DNA of 64,000 nt from assembly GCF_988243305.1 (NCBI RefSeq), contig NZ_OZ547136.1; one strand, given 5' to 3'. Made by a program: the position numbers and the translations under genes. Positions 10,473 to 21,134 of the stretch are shown here, piece by piece; the first letter of the stretch is position 1, and every line of letters begins with the position of its first letter. The notes under the pieces were generated by a model that saw only the letters and a list, made by a program, of their open reading frames with translations, did no database searches and had not been told where the DNA came from.

Positions 10473-12974
10473 TTACAGTTCCAGTTCATGTTGCAGCAGG
10501 CTGGCGATAGCGTCGGCAGAGGCGGCGTTAACCAGCGCGTTACGGAATTCTTCGTGCATGATGCGGCGAGCGAGGCGCGAGAAAATGCGCATGTGCTGAT
10601 CGCCCGCAGCGTGTTTGTTCAGGGTTAACATAATGATGAATTGCGCTTCATCATCGCCCCAGCGCACCGGCGCTTGCAGACGCGCCACGCTGATGGTGGA
10701 TTGCTCAATGTGTTCTGATTTGCTGTGTGGAATGGCAAAACTAAAGCCCAGACCGGTAGAGAAAACGGCCTCGCGCGCCCATAAGTCGGCTTCCAGTTTA
10801 CGCGGATAGCGGCAGCGGCCCGCCAGCAGCAGGTTATCGGTCATGCCTTTGAGCACTTCTTCTTTGCTGCGCCAGTCACTTTCCAGCGTGATGCACTCGG
10901 CGGTGACCAGCGGTGCGTCCTGTTGGGTCATGCGGAATTGCGCCAGCAGGTGTTCCACTTCCAGCGAAGTACGGCAGGCCATTGCCTGGTTGAGCAACTT
11001 GCGGCACTCACGGCTATCAAGTTGCGCCATCCGAGCTTTCGCCGCCGGAATTGATGGTGCGCTCATGCTGAGTTCATCCAGCCCTAAGCCGACCAGCAAC
11101 GGCAGCACGGAACCTTTCGCTCCCAGCTCACCGCACAGACCAATCCATTTGCCCTGGCGATGCACCGCTTGCACGGCGTAATCGAGCGCCCGCAAGAATG
11201 CCGGATTCAGGCTGTTGTAGTGACGAGTAACCTTAGCGTTATCGCGATCCACTGCCAGCAGATATTGCGTCAGGTCATTACTACCAATACTAAAGAAATC
11301 AATCTCTTCACAGCATTGATCGATGATGAACATCACCGACGGCACTTCCAGCATGATGCCGAGCTGGATCTTCTCATCAAACGGAATGTGTTCGTTACGC
11401 AGTTGCTGTTTGGCTTCCGCCAGTTTTTCTTTCACCCATAAGATCTCTTCCATTGAAGAGATCATCGGGATCATGATTTTCAGGCTGCCGTGAGCGGAGG
11501 CACGGAGAATCGACCGTAGTTGTGTGGTAAATAACGACGCGTACTCTTCATAAATACGCACGGCGCGATAACCGAGGAACGGGTTTGCCTCTGCGGGAAT
11601 GTTCAGATAATCAACGGGTTTGTCACCGCCAATATCCATAGTGCGCACAATAATGCTGCGTCCGTTGGCGGACTCCAGCGCCTGACAAAAAATGTTGTAC
11701 AGCTCGCTTTCGCCCGGTGCACTGGTGCGATCCATATAGAGCATTTCAGTGCGGAATAAACCAACGCCTTCCGCACCATTGCCGAATGCGGCCTGCGCTT
11801 CCACGGAGTGAGCGATGTTAGCGGCAATTTCAATGCGGATACCGTCAGCGGTACGGGCTTGTTGGGTCAGCCAGACACGCTGTTGCTCACGCAGGGCGTC
11901 CTGTACGCGGGCTTCCTGCTGATAATAACGAGCTACGGCTTCCCCTGGCTCAACCACAATCGCCCCAGCGTTTCCGTCGATATAAATCGTTTGATGCTGC
12001 CACGGAGTGAGGGCATCAATATCCACACCAACCAGCGTCGGAATGTTGAACGAACGGGCAAGGATCACCGTATGTGAGGTGGTGCCGCCGCTTTTGAGCA
12101 ACAATCCTTTGAGGTGATTTTTATCCAGTTCGAGGAACTGGCTGGGGGTCAGTTCATCAGCCATACAAATGGCGGGCTGCGTCAGTTTGCCCGGTGCCGG
12201 GAAGCGTTGCTCACCGTAGATTTGCTGGAGTAACTGGAAGCAGACGTCGCGTACGTCCAGGGCGCGTTCTTGCAGGTAGCTGCTGCTGGAACGGGCGAAC
12301 TCTTCGCAGAAGTGGTGTGCACTGGCGACAATCGCTTCGGCACAGCTTAATCCCTCGCTGACGCCTGCCAGTAAGTGCTGACGTAAAGAAGTATCGCCAG
12401 CCAGGGATCGGTGAGCTTCCAGAATCGCGCTGGTGGCACCGTCGCTATCCAGCAGACGAAATTCAATGTTTTTCATCACCAGCGTCAGACCGTTTTCCAG
12501 TGCGGATTGTTCGGCGTCAACGCTTTTGGCAGCAGGAAGATTACCCAGCGCATTGAGATCTAAAGAAGAGATCGGCGTCAGAATGCCGCCTGCGCTACCG
12601 CTGCACACGGTGCGGGCGCGGATAATTTGCGGATTCAGATTGGTCAGTGAAACCGGCAGTGGTTCCAGTTCGTCAGATTTTACTTCCGCCAGCGGTGCGT
12701 CGCAGTGGGGGAATTCATCGCGCAGCCATTGGCTTAAACGCTGGTACGCTTCCTGTTCGTCTGCCCCGGAAATCAGTAACTGGCAGTTATCGCCCACCAG
12801 CGTATCGGTGCCAATCAGCGCAAGGGCGCTTTTGGCGTTGCCCTTGCGGTCAGTGCGCAGGTTATGCCACTCAATTTGTGATGAAAAAGTATTACACAGC
12901 GTTTCAACGTGGCTTGCCGGACGCGCATGTACGCCGTTAGGTAGCTCACAAATAAATTCCACAATCAGGGCCAT
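10473..12974 (-). CDS. ptsA: Multiphosphoryl transfer protein (PTS enzyme I-like with HPr and EIIA domains)
   Basis: 833-aa ORF; PEP-utilising enzyme motifs; synteny. Confidence 0.92.
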   Translation of the reverse strand: MALIVEFICELPNGVHARPASHVETLCNTFSSQIEWHNLRTDRKGNAKSALALIGTDTLVGDNCQLLISGADEQEAYQRLSQWLRDEFPHCDAPLAEVKSDELEPLPVSLTNLNPQIIRARTVCSGSAGGILTPISSLDLNALGNLPAAKSVDAEQSALENGLTLVMKNIEFRLLDSDGATSAILEAHRSLAGDTSLRQHLLAGVSEGLSCAEAIVASAHHFCEEFARSSSSYLQERALDVRDVCFQLLQQIYGEQRFPAPGKLTQPAICMADELTPSQFLELDKNHLKGLLLKSGGTTSHTVILARSFNIPTLVGVDIDALTPWQHQTIYIDGNAGAIVVEPGEAVARYYQQEARVQDALREQQRVWLTQQARTADGIRIEIAANIAHSVEAQAAFGNGAEGVGLFRTEMLYMDRTSAPGESELYNIFCQALESANGRSIIVRTMDIGGDKPVDYLNIPAEANPFLGYRAVRIYEEYASLFTTQLRSILRASAHGSLKIMIPMISSMEEILWVKEKLAEAKQQLRNEHIPFDEKIQLGIMLEVPSVMFIIDQCCEEIDFFSIGSNDLTQYLLAVDRDNAKVTRHYNSLNPAFLRALDYAVQAVHRQGKWIGLCGELGAKGSVLPLLVGLGLDELSMSAPSIPAAKARMAQLDSRECRKLLNQAMACRTSLEVEHLLAQFRMTQQDAPLVTAECITLESDWRSKEEVLKGMTDNLLLAGRCRYPRKLEADLWAREAVFSTGLGFSFAIPHSKSEHIEQSTISVARLQAPVRWGDDEAQFIIMLTLNKHAAGDQHMRIFSRLARRIMHEEFRNALVNAASADAIASLLQHELEL

Positions 12975-13282
12975 TGCCTCTCTCCCGGTACGGTTTTCTG
13001 TTTACAGGATAAGAGCGCACGGCAACGGCCTGCCATGTGACAAATCTGCCAAAAGCTGGACAAATGTAATGTAACCGTCAATTTGCGACGCGTCTCACAA
13101 GACGCCGTTTTGCGGCATGCTTCCGGATTATCGCAAGTTATGAGGCGGATCGCATTTTTGTACTGATATTACAAAAGTCCAGTAAATGGCCTTTTTATCC
13201 ACTGTTTGCTCCGCCTGCGATTGCCTATTGTTTCCTCCATCAAAAATATGGACATGGGCTTTTGCAAGCCCGGGAGCAGCTT

Positions 13283-14362
13283 ATGAATGAGTTGGTGCAG
13301 ATCCTGAAAAATACCCGTCAGCATTTAATGACGGGCGTTTCACACATGATTCCCTTCGTGGTATCGGGCGGTATTTTGCTGGCGGTTTCCGTCATGTTGT
13401 ATGGCAAAGGCGCAGTGCCGGATGCCGTAGCCGATCCGAATCTGAAAAAACTGTTTGATATCGGCGTTGCGGGTTTGACGCTGATGGTGCCTTTCCTCGC
13501 CGCTTACATTGGTTACTCCATTGCAGAGCGTTCTGCGCTGGCTCCGTGCGCTATCGGTGCCTGGGTTGGTAACAGCTTTGGTGCGGGCTTCTTTGGTGCA
13601 CTGATCGCCGGGATTATCGGCGGCATCGTGGTGCATTACCTGAAGAAAATTCCGGTGCATAAAGTTCTGCGCTCGGTGATGCCAATCTTCATCATTCCGA
13701 TCGTCGGCACACTGATTACCGCAGGCATCATGATGTGGGGGCTGGGCGAGCCTGTGGGGGCATTGACCAACAGCCTGACTCAGTGGCTTCAGGGGATGCA
13801 GCAGGGCAGCATTGTTATGCTGGCGGTGATCATGGGCCTGATGCTGGCGTTCGATATGGGTGGTCCGGTTAACAAAGTGGCCTATGCCTTCATGCTGATT
13901 TGCGTTGCTCAGGGTGTATATACCGTGGTGGCCATTGCTGCCGTGGGTATTTGTATCCCGCCGCTGGGGATGGGGCTGGCGACGCTGATTGGTCGTAAAA
14001 ATTTCTCCGCAGAAGAGCGCGAAACCGGCAAAGCGGCGCTGGTGATGGGGTGCGTTGGGGTTACTGAAGGGGCGATTCCTTTCGCCGCAGCCGATCCGCT
14101 GCGTGTCATTCCTTCCATCATGGTCGGTTCAGTTTGTGGTGCAGTAACTGCGGCGCTGGTCGGTGCGCAGTGCTATGCAGGCTGGGGTGGTCTGATTGTG
14201 CTGCCGGTGGTTGAAGGTAAGTTGGGTTATATCGCAGCAGTGGCTGTCGGGGCGGTTGTGACGGCAGTCTGCGTGAACGTGCTGAAAAGTCTGGCGCGTA
14301 AAAATGGGTCTTCGACTGATGAAAAAGAAGACGACCTGGATTTGGATTTTGAAATTAATTAA
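13283..14362 (+). CDS. frwC: Fructose-like PTS EIIC component
   Basis: ORF 13262..14362 begins at TTG; ATG at 13283 gives 359 aa (MNELVQILKNTRQ...); polytopic membrane protein. Confidence 0.9.
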   Translation: MNELVQILKNTRQHLMTGVSHMIPFVVSGGILLAVSVMLYGKGAVPDAVADPNLKKLFDIGVAGLTLMVPFLAAYIGYSIAERSALAPCAIGAWVGNSFGAGFFGALIAGIIGGIVVHYLKKIPVHKVLRSVMPIFIIPIVGTLITAGIMMWGLGEPVGALTNSLTQWLQGMQQGSIVMLAVIMGLMLAFDMGGPVNKVAYAFMLICVAQGVYTVVAIAAVGICIPPLGMGLATLIGRKNFSAEERETGKAALVMGCVGVTEGAIPFAAADPLRVIPSIMVGSVCGAVTAALVGAQCYAGWGGLIVLPVVEGKLGYIAAVAVGAVVTAVCVNVLKSLARKNGSSTDEKEDDLDLDFEIN

Positions 14363-14376
14363 TTGAGGAACGAGCC

Positions 14377-14697
14377 ATGACGAAAATTATTGCAGTAACC
14401 GCGTGTCCATCTGGTGTTGCCCATACCTATATGGCGGCAGAGGCGCTGGAAAGTGCCGCGAAAGCGAAAGGCTGGGAAGTGAAAGTAGAAACCCAGGGCT
14501 CGATTGGTCTGGAAAACGAACTGACTGCGGAAGACGTGGCGAGCGCCGATATGGTGATCCTGACCAAAGATATCGGCATCAAGTTTGAAGAGCGTTTTGC
14601 TGGCAAGACCATCGTGCGCGTCAACATCAGCGACGCGGTAAAACGCGCTGATGCCATTATGAGCAAAATTGAAGCTCACCTGGCACAAACCGCTTAA
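14377..14697 (+). CDS. frwB: Fructose-like PTS EIIB component
   Basis: 106-aa ORF MTKIIAVTACPSGVAHTYMAAEALE... Confidence 0.9.
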   Translation: MTKIIAVTACPSGVAHTYMAAEALESAAKAKGWEVKVETQGSIGLENELTAEDVASADMVILTKDIGIKFEERFAGKTIVRVNISDAVKRADAIMSKIEAHLAQTA

Positions 14698-14747
14698 GTT
14701 CTTATCCCGCCCGTAAGGGCGGGTTCGCTTTCCCACAGGAGTTCCTC

Positions 14748-17045
14748 ATGACGAATCGTATCTCTCGCCTCAAAACTGCACTGTTTGCCAATACCCGTGA
14801 AATCTCGCTGGAGCGGGCGCTGCTTTATACCGCCAGCCATCGGCAAACCGAAGGCGAACCGGTGATATTGCGCCGGGCGAAAGCAACAGCGTATATCCTT
14901 GAACATGTTGAAATTTCGATTCGTGATGAAGAGCTGATTGCCGGTAACCGTACGGTGAAACCGCGCGCCGGAATTATGTCGCCGGAAATGGACCCTTACT
15001 GGCTGCTGAAAGAGCTGGATCAATTCCCGACGCGTCCGCAGGACCGCTTTGCTATCAGCGAAGAAGATAAACGTATCTACCGCGAAGAGTTGTTCCCGTA
15101 CTGGGAAAAACGTTCGATGAAAGATTTCATTAACGGGCAGATGACGGATGAAGTAAAAGCCGCGACCAGCACGCAGATTTTCAGCATCAACCAGACGGAT
15201 AAAGGCCAGGGGCACATTATTATTGATTACCCGCGCCTGCTGAATCACGGGCTGGGTGAGCTGGTAGCGCAAATGCAGCAACATTGTCAGCAACAGCCGG
15301 AGAATCACTTTTATCAGGCAGCGCTGTTACTGCTCGAAGCCTCGCAGAAACACATTTTGCGTTACGCCGAACTGGCGGAAACGATGGCGGCAAGCTGCAC
15401 TGATGCCCAGCGTCGCGAAGAACTGCTGACTATTGCGGAGATCTCTCGCCATAACGCCGAACATAAGCCGCAGACGTTCTGGCAGGCGTGCCAGTTATTC
15501 TGGTACATGAACATCATTCTGCAATACGAATCCAACGCCAGTTCGCTGTCTTTAGGGCGCTTCGACCAGTATATGTTGCCGTTCTATCAGGCATCATTAA
15601 CCCAGGGCGAAGATCCGGCGTTCCTGAAAGAACTGCTCGAATCTTTATGGGTGAAATGCAACGACATCGTGCTGTTGCGCTCCACCAGTAGCGCGCGTTA
15701 TTTCGCCGGTTTCCCGACCGGCTATACCGCACTGCTCGGCGGGTTAACCGAGAACGGACGTAGCGCGGTGAACGTACTTTCGTTCCTCTGTCTCGACGCC
15801 TATCAAAGTGTGCAATTACCGCAACCGAACCTGGGGGTGCGCACTAACGCCTTGATCGACACGCCGTTCCTGATGAAAACCGCCGAAACCATTCGCCTCG
15901 GCACCGGTATTCCGCAAATCTTTAACGATGAAGTGGTGGTGCCAGCGTTCCTCAACCGTGGCGTTTCGCTGGAAGATGCACGCGACTATTCCGTAGTGGG
16001 CTGTGTGGAATTATCTATTCCCGGCAGAACCTACGGCTTGCATGACATCGCGATGTTTAACCTGCTGAAAGTGATGGAAATCTGCCTGCATGAAAATGAA
16101 GGCAACGCTGCGCTGACTTATGAAGGTTTACTGGAACAGATCCGCGCCAAGATCAGCCACTACATCACCCTGATGGTAGAGGGCAGCAATATTTGTGATA
16201 TCGGCCATCGCGACTGGGCACCTGTACCGCTGCTCTCGTCTTTTATCAGCGATTGTCTGGAAAAAGGTCGCGATATTACCGATGGCGGCGCGCGTTATAA
16301 CTTCTCCGGCGTACAGGGGATCGGTATCGCCAACCTGAGCGATTCTCTCCATGCGTTGAAAGGGATGATTTTTGATCAACAGCGTTTAAGTTTTGACGAA
16401 TTGCTGTCGGTATTAAAAGCCAACTTCGCAACGCCAGAAGGCGAAAAAGTCCGTGCTCGCTTAATTAACCGCTTCGAGAAATACGGTAACGATATCGACG
16501 AGGTGGATAACATCAGCGCCGAACTGTTACGCCACTACTGCAAAGAAGTGGAAAAATACCAGAACCCGCGCGGCGGCTACTTCACGCCAGGATCGTATAC
16601 CGTTTCTGCTCACGTCCCGTTGGGATCGGTGGTTGGCGCGACGCCAGACGGTCGTTTTGCCGGGGAACAACTGGCAGACGGCGGCTTGTCACCCATGCTG
16701 GGTCAGGACGCACAAGGGCCAACGGCGGTACTGAAGTCAGTCAGTAAGCTCGATAATACGCTGCTGTCTAACGGTACGTTGCTGAACGTGAAATTCACTC
16801 CGGCGACCCTGGAAGGTGAAGCGGGATTACGCAAACTGGCCGACTTCTTACGGGCGTTTACCCAGCTTAAGTTGCAGCATATTCAGTTTAACGTGGTGAA
16901 CGCCGACACGTTGCGGGAAGCGCAACAGCGCCCACAAGATTATGCCGGGCTGGTGGTGCGCGTTGCCGGATACAGCGCCTTCTTTGTCGAATTGTCGAAG
17001 GAGATCCAGGATGACATCATCCGCCGGACAGCGCATCAGCTGTAA
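14748..17045 (+). CDS. pflD: Glycyl-radical enzyme (pyruvate formate-lyase 2 homologue)
   Basis: 765-aa ORF; C-terminal glycyl-radical motif RVAGYSAFF. Confidence 0.93.
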   Translation: MTNRISRLKTALFANTREISLERALLYTASHRQTEGEPVILRRAKATAYILEHVEISIRDEELIAGNRTVKPRAGIMSPEMDPYWLLKELDQFPTRPQDRFAISEEDKRIYREELFPYWEKRSMKDFINGQMTDEVKAATSTQIFSINQTDKGQGHIIIDYPRLLNHGLGELVAQMQQHCQQQPENHFYQAALLLLEASQKHILRYAELAETMAASCTDAQRREELLTIAEISRHNAEHKPQTFWQACQLFWYMNIILQYESNASSLSLGRFDQYMLPFYQASLTQGEDPAFLKELLESLWVKCNDIVLLRSTSSARYFAGFPTGYTALLGGLTENGRSAVNVLSFLCLDAYQSVQLPQPNLGVRTNALIDTPFLMKTAETIRLGTGIPQIFNDEVVVPAFLNRGVSLEDARDYSVVGCVELSIPGRTYGLHDIAMFNLLKVMEICLHENEGNAALTYEGLLEQIRAKISHYITLMVEGSNICDIGHRDWAPVPLLSSFISDCLEKGRDITDGGARYNFSGVQGIGIANLSDSLHALKGMIFDQQRLSFDELLSVLKANFATPEGEKVRARLINRFEKYGNDIDEVDNISAELLRHYCKEVEKYQNPRGGYFTPGSYTVSAHVPLGSVVGATPDGRFAGEQLADGGLSPMLGQDAQGPTAVLKSVSKLDNTLLSNGTLLNVKFTPATLEGEAGLRKLADFLRAFTQLKLQHIQFNVVNADTLREAQQRPQDYAGLVVRVAGYSAFFVELSKEIQDDIIRRTAHQL

Positions 17046-17889
17046 CATTGTGGAAACGCGCCGCGATGATGTGGCGCGCATTTTCAACATTCAGCGTTAT
17101 TCACTGAATGACGGCGAGGGCATTCGTACGGTGGTCTTTTTTAAAGGCTGTCCGCATCTTTGCCCGTGGTGTGCTAATCCGGAGTCGATCTCCGGCAAAA
17201 TCCAGACGGTGCGCAGAGAGGCGAAATGTCTGCACTGTGCGAAATGTTTGCGTGATGCGGATGAATGCCCCTCCGGTGCGTTTGAACGGATTGGTCGCGA
17301 TATCAGCCTTGACGCGCTGGAACGGGAAGTGATGAAAGATGACATTTTCTTTCGCACGTCCGGCGGCGGCGTCACGCTTTCTGGCGGCGAAGTGTTAATG
17401 CAGGCGGAGTTTGCTACCCGTTTTTTACAGCGACTTCGGCTGTGGGGGGTGTCATGCGCCATTGAAACTGCCGGAGACGCACCAGCCAGCAAGCTATTAC
17501 CACTGGCGAAATTGTGCGATGAAGTGCTGTTCGATTTAAAAATTATGGACGCGACTCAGGCGCGGGATGTGGTGAAGATGAACCTGCCACGCGTGCTGGA
17601 GAACTTGCGTTTGCTGGTGAGTGAGGGCGTCAACGTGATCCCGCGTTTACCGCTGATCCCTGGTTTCACGCTCAGCCGGGAGAATATGCAGCAGGCGCTG
17701 GACGTGCTGATCCCGCTGAATATCAGGCAGATCCATCTGTTACCGTTTCACCAGTACGGCGAACCGAAATACCGCCTGCTGGGGAAAACATGGTCGATGA
17801 AAGAGGTGCCTGCGCCGTCGTCAGTCGATGTGGCAACGATGCGTGAAATGGCAGAGCGGGCCGGATTTCAGGTTACCGTGGGAGGTTAA
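17011..17889 (+). CDS. pflC: Glycyl-radical enzyme activating enzyme (radical SAM)
   Basis: ORF 16942..17889; ATG at 17011 gives 292 aa; radical-SAM cysteine cluster CPHLCPWC; overlaps the pflD 3' end by 35 bp. Confidence 0.9.
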   Translation: MTSSAGQRISCNIVETRRDDVARIFNIQRYSLNDGEGIRTVVFFKGCPHLCPWCANPESISGKIQTVRREAKCLHCAKCLRDADECPSGAFERIGRDISLDALEREVMKDDIFFRTSGGGVTLSGGEVLMQAEFATRFLQRLRLWGVSCAIETAGDAPASKLLPLAKLCDEVLFDLKIMDATQARDVVKMNLPRVLENLRLLVSEGVNVIPRLPLIPGFTLSRENMQQALDVLIPLNIRQIHLLPFHQYGEPKYRLLGKTWSMKEVPAPSSVDVATMREMAERAGFQVTVGG

Positions 17890-17890
17890 A

Positions 17891-18232
17891 ATGGCATACC
17901 TGGTGGCAGTAACCGCCTGCGTAAGCGGCGTGGCGCATACTTATATGGCGGCGGAACGGCTGGAAAAGTTGTGCCTGTTAGAGAAGTGGGGCGTCAGCAT
18001 TGAAACTCAGGGCGCGCTGGGAACGGAGAATCGTTTAGCGGACGAGGATATCCGTCGGGCGGATGTTGCTCTGTTAATTACGGATATCGAGCTTGCCGGT
18101 GCTGAGCGATTTGACCATTGCCGCTATGTGCAATGCAGCATCTACGCATTCCTGCGTGAGCCGCAGCGGGTGATGAGCGCGGTGCGCAAAGTGCTTTCTG
18201 CGCCGCAGCAAACCCATCTCATTCTGGAGTAG
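17891..18232 (+). CDS. frwD: Fructose-like PTS EIIB component 2
   Basis: ORF 17828..18232; ATG at 17891 gives 113 aa (MAYLVAVTACVSGVAHTYMAAE...). Confidence 0.9.
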   Translation: MAYLVAVTACVSGVAHTYMAAERLEKLCLLEKWGVSIETQGALGTENRLADEDIRRADVALLITDIELAGAERFDHCRYVQCSIYAFLREPQRVMSAVRKVLSAPQQTHLILE

Positions 18233-19070
18233 TCGGTTTTTCTGTCAGTTGGCTGTGGTACTGCCGACGATATTCCGACGGTGAGCGTTCGGTATTTTTA
18301 CGAAACAGACGGCAGAAGTAGTTGCTGTCGACAAAGCCGCAGGCGTGCGCCACTTCTTTTACCTTCAGGTCATAGCCTTTCAATAACGTCTTAGCGTGCT
18401 CCAGTCGCGTGTGATTCAGGTATTCGTTAAAACCAATGGCCCCCGTTTTTTGAAACAGGTGCGAGAGGTAATTTGGTGAAATATAAAACGCCTGTGCAAC
18501 AGATTCGCGGGTAAGCGCGGAGGCATAGCGTTCGTCGATATAATCGCGAATAGCTTCAAATAGTGCCTGGCTGCGTGAGGCGGTCTGGATTTGGCTGCCG
18601 AGCAAATCGCGGCAGTGGCTAAGCAGGCTGGCGACGATAAGCCTTGCCGTTTGCTGCTCCTGCGGCTGCATTTGCATTTCATTGAGCGTTTGTAGCAGAA
18701 AAGAACCTATGCGTGGGCCGCGCCGGGCGACGTGTTGCTTCGCCAGATTTTGATATTGTTTGCCATCCCATTGCACGACGCTGAAGCCGAGTTGCTGTTT
18801 GCCAAACAGCACGCTAAAGGTAGTGGCGGGGGCTTGCCATTGTGGAAAATTCCAGCCACCAGCAGGAACGTACAGCACATCGCCGGGAACTAACGTTGCT
18901 CCAGCACCGGTATCAACAAACTCACCTTCCAGCACAATTTCCAGCCGTGGAAAATCGACCTGATACGCAAGATCGGGCACCGGGCCGTTACTGCTGGCAA
19001 AGTAAATCTGGCGCAGGGACAGCGGGCCGTTGATCAGGCGGGAGAGCAGATAGCTGACGTCGTGATACAT
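18219..19070 (-). CDS. yijO: AraC-family transcriptional regulator
   Basis: 283-aa ORF with C-terminal AraC-type helix-turn-helix region; synteny; 14-bp convergent overlap with frwD. Confidence 0.88.
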   Translation of the reverse strand: MYHDVSYLLSRLINGPLSLRQIYFASSNGPVPDLAYQVDFPRLEIVLEGEFVDTGAGATLVPGDVLYVPAGGWNFPQWQAPATTFSVLFGKQQLGFSVVQWDGKQYQNLAKQHVARRGPRIGSFLLQTLNEMQMQPQEQQTARLIVASLLSHCRDLLGSQIQTASRSQALFEAIRDYIDERYASALTRESVAQAFYISPNYLSHLFQKTGAIGFNEYLNHTRLEHAKTLLKGYDLKVKEVAHACGFVDSNYFCRLFRKNTERSPSEYRRQYHSQLTEKPTTPE

Positions 19071-19218
19071 GTTATTCCCTTAGGTATGTAGACGGGAAAA
19101 CAGTAACTGGCATTATTAAAAAAGGCCACCTGAAAAGTGTGGCCTGAGGGGAGTTCGATGTAAACATTGCGGCAGTATCGCATCCGGCAAATAGCGCCAG
19201 ACGCGATACAAAGGTCAT

Positions 19219-20952
19219 TTACTGATTACCTACCTGGTCGCCATATGGCAGCGTGTCGTAATCGATCAGCGCGTTTTTCTTGTACGGGTTACCAATCCAG
19301 CGGGTAGTTTCTTTGAACTGCGGATTCACCACTGAACGGGTTGGATCGTAACCGTCGTAAGATAAGCCCGCCAAATCTGACCAGGTGTGGATCAGTTCCG
19401 CAAGGCTGTATTTACGATCAACATCCTGTGAGAAATCACGCGGATGAGCCGCTTGCCATTTTTCCGACGTCCACAGCAGGAACGGAATGGTGTACATATG
19501 ACGCGTCGGGTTGTCTTCGTTACGCCCCTGAGTTTTGTGCGGCGGCGTGTCGTAAACCTCTTCACCGTGGTCAGAGAAGTAAACCAGGAAACCGTTCGGG
19601 TCTGCTGCTTTAAAGTCTTTAATCAGGCTGGCAACCACATGATCGTTATACAGGTTAGCGTTGTCATAATCGTTATATGACTCCAGCTCTTCCGCGTTTA
19701 ATCCCGGCGGAACATGATCGGTATTGCCATCAAACTTGCCCTGATTTTCCGGGTAGCGGTATTTGTATTTGATATGCGTACCCAGCAGATGAACGATGAT
19801 CAGTTTCTTCGGCGCAGGGTCATTCAGCACTTCCTGGAACGGCTTCAGCACGTTGGTGTCGTATTCACGCGCACTCTGCGTACGTTGCTGGTTCATGTAG
19901 TACTGCTTGTCGGTCTGGCGCGAAAATACCGTCAGCATGGTATTGCGGGCGGTCATCGTCTGCTGGTTGGTGATCCAGAAGGTTTTATAACCCGCCTGTT
20001 TCATCATGTTCATCAGCGACGGCTGTGTCAGGTACAGGTCCGGGTTCTTTTCATTGGCAAAGGTCAGCGCCTGTTGCAGGATTTCAATGGTGTACGGACG
20101 AGACGTCACCACGTTATTAAACACGGTCAGATTCGGATCGGTTTTATGCAGTGCATCCAGCTCCGGCGTGGTTTCACGCGGATAACCGTACAGACTCATG
20201 CGTCCACGCTGGGTCGACTCGCCAATCACCAGCACTAAGGTGCGCGGTTCGTTACCTGATTCGTCTTTGAAATTAGCCAGTGGCGGCAATGCATTATTTT
20301 CATTCAGTAGCTTTGTTAGCGAGTTTAGTTGCTGACGATACTGATAATAGCCGGTCAGGAATTGCCACGGTGCGGCAGGCTCCATACGCGATGCCAGGTT
20401 ATCCAACGTTTTCTCAAATGGCTTGTTTTTGATAAACGTATTCATGGCGATCGGATGCAGAATCAAGCCATAAAGTAGGGCAAAAGAGACAACATAACGC
20501 CACGGCTTTGGAATATAGACCGGGCGCAGGCGTGTCCACAGCAGAACTGCCACTGCCGTATAGGCCAGCGCGATAAGCACAATTTTCAGGCTGAAATACT
20601 GGCTTAAATACTCGCTGGCTTCGTTGGTGTTGGTTTCGAACATCACAAACAGAACGCTCTGCGAGAACTCCTGACCGTAGATGACGTAGTAGCACAGCGC
20701 CGCCAGAGAGGCCGCCCATAGCACCACGCCGATTACTGCGGCAATAATTTTAATCCGCTTCGGAAAGAGGAATACCGGGATCAACCACAGCGAACTGAAT
20801 AACAGCGAGTCGCGAATGCCGTTAGTGCCACTATAACCACTGATGTAAATAATGGCCTGTAGCAGAGTAGAGAAAAACCAAAAGTAGAGCAGTGCCCAAC
20901 CCAGGGCTTTCCAGCTAAAAAGAGGTTTAGCCTGGACTTCTGTGGAATGCAT
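19219..20952 (-). CDS. eptC: Phosphoethanolamine transferase (LPS core modification)
   Basis: ORF 19219..20997; ATG at 20950-20952 gives 577 aa; N-terminal membrane helices plus sulfatase-like domain. Confidence 0.9.
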   Translation of the reverse strand: MHSTEVQAKPLFSWKALGWALLYFWFFSTLLQAIIYISGYSGTNGIRDSLLFSSLWLIPVFLFPKRIKIIAAVIGVVLWAASLAALCYYVIYGQEFSQSVLFVMFETNTNEASEYLSQYFSLKIVLIALAYTAVAVLLWTRLRPVYIPKPWRYVVSFALLYGLILHPIAMNTFIKNKPFEKTLDNLASRMEPAAPWQFLTGYYQYRQQLNSLTKLLNENNALPPLANFKDESGNEPRTLVLVIGESTQRGRMSLYGYPRETTPELDALHKTDPNLTVFNNVVTSRPYTIEILQQALTFANEKNPDLYLTQPSLMNMMKQAGYKTFWITNQQTMTARNTMLTVFSRQTDKQYYMNQQRTQSAREYDTNVLKPFQEVLNDPAPKKLIIVHLLGTHIKYKYRYPENQGKFDGNTDHVPPGLNAEELESYNDYDNANLYNDHVVASLIKDFKAADPNGFLVYFSDHGEEVYDTPPHKTQGRNEDNPTRHMYTIPFLLWTSEKWQAAHPRDFSQDVDRKYSLAELIHTWSDLAGLSYDGYDPTRSVVNPQFKETTRWIGNPYKKNALIDYDTLPYGDQVGNQ

Positions 20953-21092
20953 AGTAAGAACCTGTCTTGAAAAAAATATCGCCGAATGTACCGACAATTC
21001 CTTAAGGATATCTGAAGGGATATCCAGAATTTGAATAAAATGCAGACAGAAATATATTGAAAACGAGGGTGTTAGAACAGAAGTATTTCAGA

Positions 21093-21120
21093 AAACCCTC
21101 GCGCAAAAGCACGAGGGTTT
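21093..21120 (-). terminator. Candidate terminator hairpin downstream of ppc
   Basis: aaaccctcg...cgagggttt inverted repeat directly after the ppc stop; weak U tract. Confidence 0.4.
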
Positions 21121-21134
21121 GCAGGAGAGGAAGA